40,875 nt of DNA from a virus. The position numbers and the translations under genes were made by a program. The notes beneath the pieces were generated by a model. That model saw nothing but the letters and a program-made list of their open reading frames with translations. It was not told the DNA's origin and searched no databases. Position 1 is the stretch's first letter. Every line of letters starts with the position of its first letter. Positions 1 through 8,232 of the stretch are shown piece after piece. The stretch lies in the IMG/VR virus record IMGVR_UViG_3300036779_000170; one strand, 5' to 3'.

Positions 1-127
1 GCGCAGCAGCAAAACGAAGTGCTGCGGGCCGAAGAGACGAAATTGCTGGAAGCCATTCCGGAGTGGAAAGACCCGGAAAAGGCCAAAGCCGGCAAGGCCG
101 CTCTCCTCAAGGCGGGCCAGAGCTACG
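1..127. repeat. Left copy of the 127-nt terminal overlap (identical to 40749-40875)
   Basis: Direct comparison: gcgcagcagcaaaacgaagtgctgcgg...ggccagagctacg occurs at both ends. It lies inside the scaffold ORF, so it looks like an assembly circularisation overlap. Confidence 0.95.
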
Positions 128-387
128 GCTACTCCACGAAGGAGTTGGCCGGAGTTACTGACTCGCGGGCTGTCGTGATCCTGAAAAAGGCCGTGGCGTA
201 CGACGAGTTGATGGCGAAAAAGGCCAACCTCAAGCCGGATTCACGGGAACCCAGCACGAGGCCGGCGCGGCCCGGTGCCACCCCCCAGAAGGTAAACGGA
301 GTAGTGAAGGCGAGTCAGCGTCTTGCGAAGTCGGGCAGCGTGGAAGACGCTGCGGATTATTTCTTTCACGCCACCAAAGGAGGCTGA
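1..387 (+). CDS. Scaffolding protein, C-terminal part (continues 40140-40875 across the circular junction)
   Basis: Same frame as the 40140 ORF through the overlap. Stop TGA at 385-387 lies immediately before the capsid gene. Charged, helical sequence. Confidence 0.7.
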   Translation, partial: AQQQNEVLRAEETKLLEAIPEWKDPEKAKAGKAALLKAGQSYGYSTKELAGVTDSRAVVILKKAVAYDELMAKKANLKPDSREPSTRPARPGATPQKVNGVVKASQRLAKSGSVEDAADYFFHATKGG

Positions 388-388
388 C

Positions 389-1351
389 GTGTCGCTTATC
401 CCTAATACCTTCACGACCTTTACCGCTATCGGTAACCGTGAAGACCTCGCCAACGCGATTTACAATATCTCGCCCACTGAAACGCCGTTTATGAACAGCG
501 TCGGTCGCGACTCGTGCAGTTCCACTCTTACTGAGTGGCAGACTGATGCTCTTGCCGCCGCTGCCTCCAATGCGCAACTGCAGGGCGATGACATCAGCGC
601 TTACGATCCGGTAACTCCCACCGTCAGGGTTTCCAATCGCACCCAGATCTCGCGCAAAACCGCTATCGTTTCCGGCACTCAGGACGCCGTTGACAAAGCG
701 GGGCGCCCCGGTAAAGAAATGTCGTATCAGTTGGCCAAAAAGGCCAAGGAACTGAAGCGCGACATGGAATTCAATATGGTCGGTCTCAATCAGGCCGGCG
801 CCCCGGGTAACGCAACGACCGCTCCCCTGCTCGCTTCCCTGCCGGTATGGATCAAGACCAATACCGATCTGGGCGCGACCGGCGCGAATTCGACTTACGT
901 ATCAGGAACGCCCACCCCGGCGCGCGTCGATGGTACCCAGCGCGCTTTCACTGAGACCATCCTGAAGAACGTACTTTCGCTGTGTTTCCAGAGCGGCGCG
1001 GAGCCGACCATTCTCATGGTGGGAGCGGCCCAGAAGGCCGTGGTCTCGGGTTTCTCCGGCGTGGCCACCCGCTTTCGCGATGTAAACTCGCGCTCGCAGG
1101 CGCAGATCATTGGCGCCGCCGATGTTTATGTTGGCGATTTCGCCACGCTGAACGTGGTGCCCAACCGCTTCCAGCGTAATCGCGACGCCATCCTGGTCGA
1201 CACCAAAATGGCGAAGACATCCTATCTTCGCTCCTTTGAAACCATTCCCCTGGCCAAGACCGGTGACACCACCAAGATGCTGATCCAGGCCGAATTCACG
1301 CTCAAGGTTTTGAACGAGGCGGCTTTTGGTTTAGCCGCCGACTTACTGTAA
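389..1351 (+). CDS. Major capsid protein (HK97 fold, SU10/DUF5309-like by recollection)
   Basis: GTG start 5 nt after AAAGGAGG (376-383). The N-terminus VSLIPNTFTTFTAIGNREDLANAIYNISPTETPF...TEWQTD matches the conserved N-terminal signature I recall for this capsid family. It follows the scaffold gene and precedes a terminator. Confidence 0.85.
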   Translation: MSLIPNTFTTFTAIGNREDLANAIYNISPTETPFMNSVGRDSCSSTLTEWQTDALAAAASNAQLQGDDISAYDPVTPTVRVSNRTQISRKTAIVSGTQDAVDKAGRPGKEMSYQLAKKAKELKRDMEFNMVGLNQAGAPGNATTAPLLASLPVWIKTNTDLGATGANSTYVSGTPTPARVDGTQRAFTETILKNVLSLCFQSGAEPTILMVGAAQKAVVSGFSGVATRFRDVNSRSQAQIIGAADVYVGDFATLNVVPNRFQRNRDAILVDTKMAKTSYLRSFETIPLAKTGDTTKMLIQAEFTLKVLNEAAFGLAADLL

Positions 1352-1365
1352 TCCTCCGCAAACCT

Positions 1366-1400
1366 GGGGACGGCTGGCCATTGGCCGTCCCCGTTTTTTT
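1366..1400 (+). terminator. Rho-independent terminator after the capsid gene
   Basis: GGGGACGGC (1366-1374) pairs with GCCGTCCCC (1384-1392), followed by G + T7 (1393-1400). Confidence 0.85.
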
Positions 1401-1407
1401 CAGCCAA

Positions 1408-1725
1408 ATGCACAGCCAGATTTTCAGTTACGACCCGGAAACCGATATCACCGAGATCTTCCACTGGGACCCGGCCACCGGGGTTGCGGTTATCGAAACC
1501 CGCCAGCCCATCGAAGAACTGCTCGATTCCAACCAGTCGGCCTACGCCTCCGCGAGCCGGCAGACACCGTACAGAGACGGCATCGGTGGCCAGGTGGCGG
1601 CCATTCCGTCAACCGTCTTTGCGCAGCTTCAGGCGTCCGGAATCGCCGACGACGAAAAAGCGTTTAAGAAATTCCTGAACGACGCCGACAACCGCAAACT
1701 GCGCACGAGGCCGGGGATGCTCTGA
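1408..1725 (+). CDS. Hypothetical virion-module protein
   Basis: ORF track 1381-1725. ATG 1408 is the first start downstream of the terminator. The stop overlaps the next ATG. Confidence 0.6.
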   Translation: MHSQIFSYDPETDITEIFHWDPATGVAVIETRQPIEELLDSNQSAYASASRQTPYRDGIGGQVAAIPSTVFAQLQASGIADDEKAFKKFLNDADNRKLRTRPGML

Positions 1726-2354
1726 TGCCGTTCACCAGCTTTACGGAACTGGTTTCCTCGATTCAGGACACGCTGAACCGCGCCGACCTGACGCCGGTCG
1801 CGCCGGATTTTATTGTCCTCGCCGAGTCGGAACTCAACCGCCGCCTGCATACGCAGAACATGATTACGCGCGACGACGCTTTTGTGATCGACGCCCAGTA
1901 TGTACCGCTGCCCGCCGACTTTCTGTCCATGCGGAGTATTCGCATCACGAGCGTTTCGCCCACGCAAAAACTGATGTATCGTACGCCGAATCAAATGGCG
2001 GACTGGATGACCTGTCACAACGACAACGCCGGCAGGCCAACCTATTTCACAATTGCCGGCGGTTCCCTCGAAGTGGAGCGGGCTCCCGACATGGCTTACA
2101 CGGCGGAGATTTCTTACTACTCAAAGATTCCCCCGCTTACCTCAGACAACCCCAGTAACTGGCTGCTGGAGAATCACCCTGATGCCTACCTCTACGGGGC
2201 ATTACTGCAGTCGGCGCCTTATCTCAAAGACGACGACCGCATCCAGGTCTGGCAGAACCTCTACCAAAACATCATTCAGGAAATTACCGGGCAGGACCAG
2301 GAAGCCGCTTACAGCGGCGGAACTATGGCCGCCAGCATAAGGAGCATCGGATGA
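1725..2354 (+). CDS. Putative head-tail adaptor protein
   Basis: Position after the capsid gene. The motif NWLLENHPDAYLYGALLQSAPYLKDDDRIQVW resembles phage adaptor proteins as I recall them. Confidence 0.55.
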   Translation: MPFTSFTELVSSIQDTLNRADLTPVAPDFIVLAESELNRRLHTQNMITRDDAFVIDAQYVPLPADFLSMRSIRITSVSPTQKLMYRTPNQMADWMTCHNDNAGRPTYFTIAGGSLEVERAPDMAYTAEISYYSKIPPLTSDNPSNWLLENHPDAYLYGALLQSAPYLKDDDRIQVWQNLYQNIIQEITGQDQEAAYSGGTMAASIRSIG

Positions 2355-2719
2355 AGACCTTTTTTATCGGTTTAGCCATGATCTGCATGGCGCTGGCGCA
2401 ATCGAAGACGCCGGTGGTTTATAAATCGTCGGATTTCTCGACGTCACTGGGAATGGAACCGCAGGCGGTTCCGACTGTTCGGACCATCATATTTACCGGC
2501 ACCAGCCGGCTGCAGCCGGGTTCGTGGATTTCCTGCGGATCGAATGGCCGCATTATCACCCTTTTGGATGGCAACGGAATTATGCTGCTCAACGGAATTT
2601 CGATAGCCAGCAATTCGGTAATGAGTCTGGGGCCGTTTGCGGGGGCTGTCTTTCCCAAATCAATGAGCATCGTCGCTTCCGCCGCAGGCTGTTTCTATCA
2701 CATCAACGTGGGGCAGTAG
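2351..2719 (+). CDS. Small secreted protein (Sec-type signal peptide) inside the tail module
   Basis: ATGA overlap with the upstream gene. N-terminus [18 protein letters not shown] then K. Visibly lower GC than its neighbours. Confidence 0.6.
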   Translation: MKTFFIGLAMICMALAQSKTPVVYKSSDFSTSLGMEPQAVPTVRTIIFTGTSRLQPGSWISCGSNGRIITLLDGNGIMLLNGISIASNSVMSLGPFAGAVFPKSMSIVASAAGCFYHINVGQ

Positions 2720-2724
2720 GCGAA

Positions 2725-3357
2725 ATGGCCGACACAAACACCACCAATCTGCAACTGGTCAAGCCTGAAGTCGGCGCGTCCTCAGATACCTGGGGAACCA
2801 AACTGAACGCGGATTTTGACGTTATCGACGCACTGTTCAACGCTTCGGCAGCCGTGCTGGTGGCGAACGGTGGCACCGGAGCCGTCAATGCGCCTACTGC
2901 CAGAGCCAACCTCGGCTGCGGCGATATAGCCACCCAGAACGCGGAGGCGGTGGTCATCACGGGCGGCAATATCGACGGAACCGTTATCGGGCAGAACAAT
3001 CCCGCCGATGTTCACTGCACCCGGGTCATCTTTCCGGATTCCACCACACAGGGTTCAGCGGCGGTGTCGTACACGACGGGAAGTTTACACACCGCTGCGT
3101 CAGTTACTCTCACCGCCACCTATCAGCAGTTAACCGTCTATGCGGATGCATCGGCGGGGAATCTCACCGTGACGCTCTATGCTGCGACGGGAAATTTAGG
3201 TCGTATTGTGCGGCTTAAAAAGATGGACACCTCGACGAATACGGTAACCGTGAACAGCGCCGGTGGCGCGATTGACGGCATATCCACTTTCGTTATTTAC
3301 CACCAGTACGATGCGCTTTTGTTTATTAACGACGGCACGGACTGGTGGATTCAGTAA
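2725..3357 (+). CDS. Tail fibre protein
   Basis: The internal ATG of ORF 2524-3357 gives [38 protein letters not shown], a typical phage fibre N-terminus. Confidence 0.7.
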   Translation: MADTNTTNLQLVKPEVGASSDTWGTKLNADFDVIDALFNASAAVLVANGGTGAVNAPTARANLGCGDIATQNAEAVVITGGNIDGTVIGQNNPADVHCTRVIFPDSTTQGSAAVSYTTGSLHTAASVTLTATYQQLTVYADASAGNLTVTLYAATGNLGRIVRLKKMDTSTNTVTVNSAGGAIDGISTFVIYHQYDALLFINDGTDWWIQ

Positions 3358-3368
3358 GGAGCCGATGA

Positions 3369-4028
3369 ATGGCGTACCTGCAGGGACGAGTTAAGAAAAG
3401 CCAGACCTTCAAGGCATCCGGCACCTTCACACCTTCGCCCGCCTTACTGCAGGCGGGTTGGGTGGATGTGCTGCTGGTGGGTGGCGGCGGCGGCGGATCG
3501 GGACACTCCAATTCCGGTAGTTACGGTGGAGGGGGCGGCGGTGGTTCTGTCGTAACGGCGACGGTGAATATCACCGGGGCAGTTACAGTCACGATTGCCG
3601 GAGGCGGTGCTCCAGGCACCCCTGGGAACAATGGTGGTACTTCCAGTTTCGGAAGTCTGGTAACTGCTGCCGGTGGCCAGGGCGGAGGGCAATTGGTGCT
3701 CGGGAGCAATCCGCAATATCAAATAGGCGGTTCATCCGGTGCCAGTACAGCAATATCCGGTCCTGCAAGTACAAATCCAAGCGGTGGCGCGGGTGCCGGT
3801 GGCAGCAGTACAGCACAATCGGGCGGACCTGGATTGTACGGGTATGGCGGCGGCGGCGGCTCTTCCGGCGCGGGAGGTTCCTGCGGGGCCGGCAATGGCA
3901 CCTCTCAATATAGCGCCGGAGGAAACGGGCAAGCCAATACCGGAGGCGGCGGCGGCGGCGGTTTTTACAACACCTGGGCAGGTGGCACGGGCGGCTCCGG
4001 TATCTGCATAGTTACCTGGTGGGAATAA
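3369..4028 (+). CDS. Glycine-rich fibre-associated protein
   Basis: Contains VLLVGGGGGGSG...GGGGGGS...GGGAPG...GGQGGG, the pattern of phage glycine-rich domain proteins. Sits between fibre genes. Confidence 0.65.
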   Translation: MAYLQGRVKKSQTFKASGTFTPSPALLQAGWVDVLLVGGGGGGSGHSNSGSYGGGGGGGSVVTATVNITGAVTVTIAGGGAPGTPGNNGGTSSFGSLVTAAGGQGGGQLVLGSNPQYQIGGSSGASTAISGPASTNPSGGAGAGGSSTAQSGGPGLYGYGGGGGSSGAGGSCGAGNGTSQYSAGGNGQANTGGGGGGGFYNTWAGGTGGSGICIVTWWE

Positions 4029-5519
4029 ATGCTGATCGAGTTGGATATCCCGCCCGGCGTGTACCGCAACGGAACGCAATACCAAACCCTCGGCAGGTGG
4101 TGGGACGCCTCGCTGGTGCGCTGGTACGAGGGCACCATTCAGCCGGTAGGCGGCTGGATGAAACCAGCCAGTACCATCCCCCAACTGCAGGGCGCGGCGC
4201 GGCAGATGTTCTCATGGCGGGATAACACCCAGAACCGCTGGATGGCCATCGGGACTCATTCCAATTTGTATGTGTACAACGGCGGTTCGATCTACGACAT
4301 CACTCCCGCCGGTCTCACTGTGGGGCGCGAGGATGCCTTCTACGGCGCAGGTTACGGTTTCGGGCCGTATAACGCCGGTCTGTATGGAGCGCCGCCGGCT
4401 AATCCTCCGACACTCGACGCCACCACCTGGTCGTTCGATAACTGGGGCCAGTATCTGGTCGGCTGTTCCACTGGAGACGGGAACCTCTATCAGTGGAATA
4501 TCAACGTGCAGGGACCGGCGCAGCTTATCGCCAACGCACCCACCAAATGCGTGGGCACACTCGTTTCCACCGAACGCTTCCAGTTTGCGCTGGGCGCCAA
4601 TGGCGATCCCCGTAACATCATGTGGTCGGACGAGGGCGACAACACTACCTGGACTCCGGACACGCTCAATCTGGCAGGCGATCTGAAAGTGCAGTCGCAG
4701 GGCCGGATACGCTGCGGGCACCGGTTCCGCGCCGAAATCGTCGTTTGGACTGACACTGACGTCCACTCTGTCTACTTCATGGGGCCGCCGCTGGTGTACG
4801 GCATTCGCCGCGTCGGCTCCTGGTGCGGAGCTATCAGTTCCAATGCGGTGGCCATTCTGGATTCCGGCGCGGTCTGGATGTCCGGCACCGGCTTTTTCCT
4901 GTACGACGGCGGCACCGTCAGTCCTCTGCAGTGCGATATCGCCGATTACCTGATCGGAAACATCAACCTCATCCAGATCTCCAAAATTTACGCGGCGCAG
5001 AACGCCAAATTTCGCGAAGTGTGGTGGTTTTACCCCTCGCTGAACTCGGATGAGAACGACAGTTACGTGGTGTGGAATTACCTGGAGAATCACTGGTCAA
5101 TCGGCAAACTGGTGCGCCTCTGCTGGGAGGATACCGGGGTCTTCAATTATCCGATGGCTGTCGATGATAGCGGGAACCTGTATGAGCAGGAATACGGCTG
5201 GACCGCAGACGGTCAGCCGCTTACCAGTCAGCGTTATGCCAAATCCGGACCCACCCAGATCGGCGCTTCCGGCGACCGGGTTATGTCGGTTAATCAACTG
5301 GTGCCGGACGAAGCCACCCTCGGCCAGGTGAGTTTCGAGATGCGCACCAAACTGACACCGGAAGGACCGGAGACTACATGGGGGCCGTACAACGCCGCTG
5401 AGTACACCGACGTGCGCGTTACCGGGCGTCAGGCGTCTCTCGACGTTTACGGTGCGGCTGACGCCAACTGGCGGCTGGGCCGGGTGCGCATGGACACCAT
5501 CCAGGGAGGCCGCAGATGA
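4029..5519 (+). CDS. Large virion structural protein (tail/nozzle candidate)
   Basis: 496-aa ORF abutting the upstream stop. N-terminus MLIELDIPPGVYRNGTQYQTLGRWWDASLVRW. W/G/Y-rich, beta-rich look. Function is inferred from position only. Confidence 0.6.
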   Translation: MLIELDIPPGVYRNGTQYQTLGRWWDASLVRWYEGTIQPVGGWMKPASTIPQLQGAARQMFSWRDNTQNRWMAIGTHSNLYVYNGGSIYDITPAGLTVGREDAFYGAGYGFGPYNAGLYGAPPANPPTLDATTWSFDNWGQYLVGCSTGDGNLYQWNINVQGPAQLIANAPTKCVGTLVSTERFQFALGANGDPRNIMWSDEGDNTTWTPDTLNLAGDLKVQSQGRIRCGHRFRAEIVVWTDTDVHSVYFMGPPLVYGIRRVGSWCGAISSNAVAILDSGAVWMSGTGFFLYDGGTVSPLQCDIADYLIGNINLIQISKIYAAQNAKFREVWWFYPSLNSDENDSYVVWNYLENHWSIGKLVRLCWEDTGVFNYPMAVDDSGNLYEQEYGWTADGQPLTSQRYAKSGPTQIGASGDRVMSVNQLVPDEATLGQVSFEMRTKLTPEGPETTWGPYNAAEYTDVRVTGRQASLDVYGAADANWRLGRVRMDTIQGGRR

Positions 5520-5535
5520 CCAGGGGGATCTCACA

Positions 5536-7560
5536 GTGAACCTGCCGGTGCAGACAGGCCGTTATAACCGCGCCCGCGAGGCCATGCGCAGTCACATTAT
5601 CGAGGAATCGGGCGGGACCAATGTCGGTGCGGCCTCCGGATCTTACGCGGTTGATGTTGCCGGCGATGTGAATGTCTCGGGCGGTTATTACATCAACGGC
5701 GTTCCCATCTCCACCGGGGCGCAGACGCCGTGGAGTTCGGACATCAACGCCGCGACCCACAACCTGACCAACGTGGGGCTACTCGGCGTGGGAACCACCA
5801 CGCCGGCGTTCCCGGTGGACGTCAACGGCGATATCAACTGTACCGGCACCTTCCGCGTTAACGGAGCGCCGTTCTCACCCGGAGTTCCTACCTCGCGGCA
5901 GATTATTGCAGGCGCAGGCCTGGGCGGCGGTGGCGATCTGACAGCGGACGTGACGCTCACCGCAAACGTGGTAACTGTGTTTGGCCGAACCGGGCCGGTC
6001 ATTGCGACAGCCGGCGATTACACGGCAGCGCAGGTCACCAACGCGGTTTCGACGATTGGTTCTTACCCCAATCCGGCGTGGATCACCTCTCTGGCATGGT
6101 CGAAGATCACCGGCGCTCCCGCCGCTTACGTTCTTCCGGCGGCAACTGTTTCACTGCTGGGCGGCGTGAAGATCGGCTCCGGCGTTAACGTCGCTGCTGA
6201 CGGAACGATTTCAGTTACTCCCGGCGCGTATACATTGCCGCCTGCAAGCGCTGCTGTGCTGGGCGGTGTGAAGATTGGGGCCAACGTCAGCGTGGGAGCG
6301 GACGGCACGATCAGCGTCGCCGCGCCCGGTACCGGACCGGCAGGTCCGCAAGGTCCAACTGGCCCACAGGGACCGGCGGGGCCGGTCGTTCCGGCGACCG
6401 CAACCGTACTCGGCGGGGTAAAGATCGGCGCGAACATCTCGGTCGCAGGTGACGGGACGATTTCGGTTGCAGCACCGGGTGCCGGCTCGCAAACGCCGTG
6501 GACCAGCGATATCAACGCGGCGGGGCACAACCTGTCGAATGCCGGCAAGGTCGGCATCGGCACGACTAGTCCGGTGCAGGCGCTGCATGTTATAGGCGCA
6601 GGGCAGACCACACCATCGGTGACTTTTGACGCTCCCGCAACTGCAACCGTGGGAACTTCCGCCGATGTACAGATCGCCATGGGCACAGCAGCTGCAAGCC
6701 CCTGGGCGGCATGGCTGCAATCCCGGCAATCGGGAAACAGTGCCTGGGGCATGGCGCTTAACCCAATGGGCGGCAACGTCGGCATCGGCAACATCGCCCC
6801 CGCCTATCCGCTGGACGTAACCGGCGACATCCACTGCACCGGCAGCGTGCGCACGCAGACCATCGCGGCGGGCGCGGCGACACTGAGTCTAAATACGAAC
6901 GCCGTAACGCGCCTCGCCATCGACACAGCGGGCCACGTCACGATCAACGCGCCAGACGATTCAGGCTACGCCTTGACAGCGAACAATATGCGGACAAATT
7001 CGTGGGTTGAGGCAGGAATCACCGGGGCCAACGGTTTTTACTGTAATGCTTACTGGAACGGATCAAACCAGGTTTACCGGAGTAACGGCGCGGCCATATG
7101 GATTGCTGCGTCCTCAAGCTCGGTACCCACCGCCATTTTCGCCGCCCCGGTCGGCACGGCGGGCGCAAACGTGCCACTTACTCAAATGCTGACCTTCGCC
7201 GCGCCGAATCACGTAGGCGTATTACAGAGTTCACCGGCCTATGCACTGGATGTAACTGGCGACATCAATTGCACCGGAGTCTTTCGTGTGAATGGCACAC
7301 CGATAGCAACGGGCGGCGCGCAGACACCATGGGCGTCGGATATCGACGCGGCTGGGCACAAGTTGAATAACATCGTGCAACTCGGCGGTCCCGGAACTGC
7401 TGGTGTAGTTATTCTGCTGCCCCAGGTTGGCAACGCGGATGAATCAAAACTGGTTAATTCCGCAGTGATGATGGAACTGGGTTCAGCGGGTGGGTCAATC
7501 GTGTTCAGAGTAAAAGGCAGTGACGGCGTGACGCGGCAGGCAAGTCTATCGATCAGTTAG
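5536..7560 (+). CDS. Tail fibre with internal repeats and a collagen-like stretch
   Basis: GTG 5536 follows AGGGGGA. Three QTPW[ST]SDI[ND]AA.H.L.N repeats, three LGGVKIG...DGTISV repeats, and GTGPAGPQGPTGPQGPAGP. Confidence 0.75.
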   Translation: MNLPVQTGRYNRAREAMRSHIIEESGGTNVGAASGSYAVDVAGDVNVSGGYYINGVPISTGAQTPWSSDINAATHNLTNVGLLGVGTTTPAFPVDVNGDINCTGTFRVNGAPFSPGVPTSRQIIAGAGLGGGGDLTADVTLTANVVTVFGRTGPVIATAGDYTAAQVTNAVSTIGSYPNPAWITSLAWSKITGAPAAYVLPAATVSLLGGVKIGSGVNVAADGTISVTPGAYTLPPASAAVLGGVKIGANVSVGADGTISVAAPGTGPAGPQGPTGPQGPAGPVVPATATVLGGVKIGANISVAGDGTISVAAPGAGSQTPWTSDINAAGHNLSNAGKVGIGTTSPVQALHVIGAGQTTPSVTFDAPATATVGTSADVQIAMGTAAASPWAAWLQSRQSGNSAWGMALNPMGGNVGIGNIAPAYPLDVTGDIHCTGSVRTQTIAAGAATLSLNTNAVTRLAIDTAGHVTINAPDDSGYALTANNMRTNSWVEAGITGANGFYCNAYWNGSNQVYRSNGAAIWIAASSSSVPTAIFAAPVGTAGANVPLTQMLTFAAPNHVGVLQSSPAYALDVTGDINCTGVFRVNGTPIATGGAQTPWASDIDAAGHKLNNIVQLGGPGTAGVVILLPQVGNADESKLVNSAVMMELGSAGGSIVFRVKGSDGVTRQASLSIS

Positions 7561-7567
7561 GAGACTT

Positions 7568-7975
7568 ATGGCAGACAACATTCTCATTTCCCGCTACCTC
7601 ACGCGGCCTATCGTGCGGCAGCGCAACTCGATCACGCTGGCGTCGTGGTCCGCCTACGAAACCGCAACGGCGATCCCCGACACGCCCGACGACGCATGGG
7701 TGCGCGTGCGCGTGCTGGCTGAGAATATCCCGCTTTCGCTGGAGTTTTACACCACGCAAACGCTGACGTACTTCGTCCAGGACCCGACGACGGTAACCAA
7801 CATTCTCCAGTTCATCTCGGAGGACAACGACGACCCGACCGAAGTCTCGCTGGCTGCGCAGAACGACTCGATCATTTCGGCCTTCGCTCAGCGGTACGCG
7901 GACACGACGATCAACCAGCAGCAGGTGGATGCGTGGCGCACACGCAACGGCATCACCGTGAAAGGCAAGCCATGA
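7568..7975 (+). CDS. Hypothetical protein (tail module)
   Basis: ORF track entry, in a series of co-oriented genes. Confidence 0.55.
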   Translation: MADNILISRYLTRPIVRQRNSITLASWSAYETATAIPDTPDDAWVRVRVLAENIPLSLEFYTTQTLTYFVQDPTTVTNILQFISEDNDDPTEVSLAAQNDSIISAFAQRYADTTINQQQVDAWRTRNGITVKGKP

Positions 7976-8220
7976 CGGAACGCGAACCGGAAACAACCGA
8001 AAACGGCAACCGCAAGCTGCCGTCAAAGGCGGCGTCGGACACGGACGCCTTCCCGCTCGACGACGCGCTGATTCGGCTGCTCGAAGACTACCGGCTGCAG
8101 GCAGCTGTCATCAGTGCGCAGGAAAGCGGCGCGCTCACGCTGTTTGTAAGACAGCACGATCTCAAAGGCAAGTGGCAACTGGCGCAGGACCGGCGGGAAC
8201 TGGTGCGAACGCCGGAATAA
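7972..8220 (+). CDS. Hypothetical protein
   Basis: ATGA overlap with the 7568-7975 gene. MTEREPETTENG... Confidence 0.5.
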   Translation: MTEREPETTENGNRKLPSKAASDTDAFPLDDALIRLLEDYRLQAAVISAQESGALTLFVRQHDLKGKWQLAQDRRELVRTPE

Positions 8221-8232
8221 GGAGGTTGAAGC

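Noticed and set aside
1-127. The terminal repeat as a biological direct terminal repeat or cos end.
   Set aside because: It sits in the middle of the scaffold coding sequence at an arbitrary position, and its length suits an assembler overlap. True ends would be expected in non-coding DNA.
5536-7560. A diversity-generating retroelement targeting the repeated fibre.
   Set aside because: No reverse transcriptase ORF exists anywhere in the genome, and no near-identical template/variable repeat pair with A-specific differences was seen.
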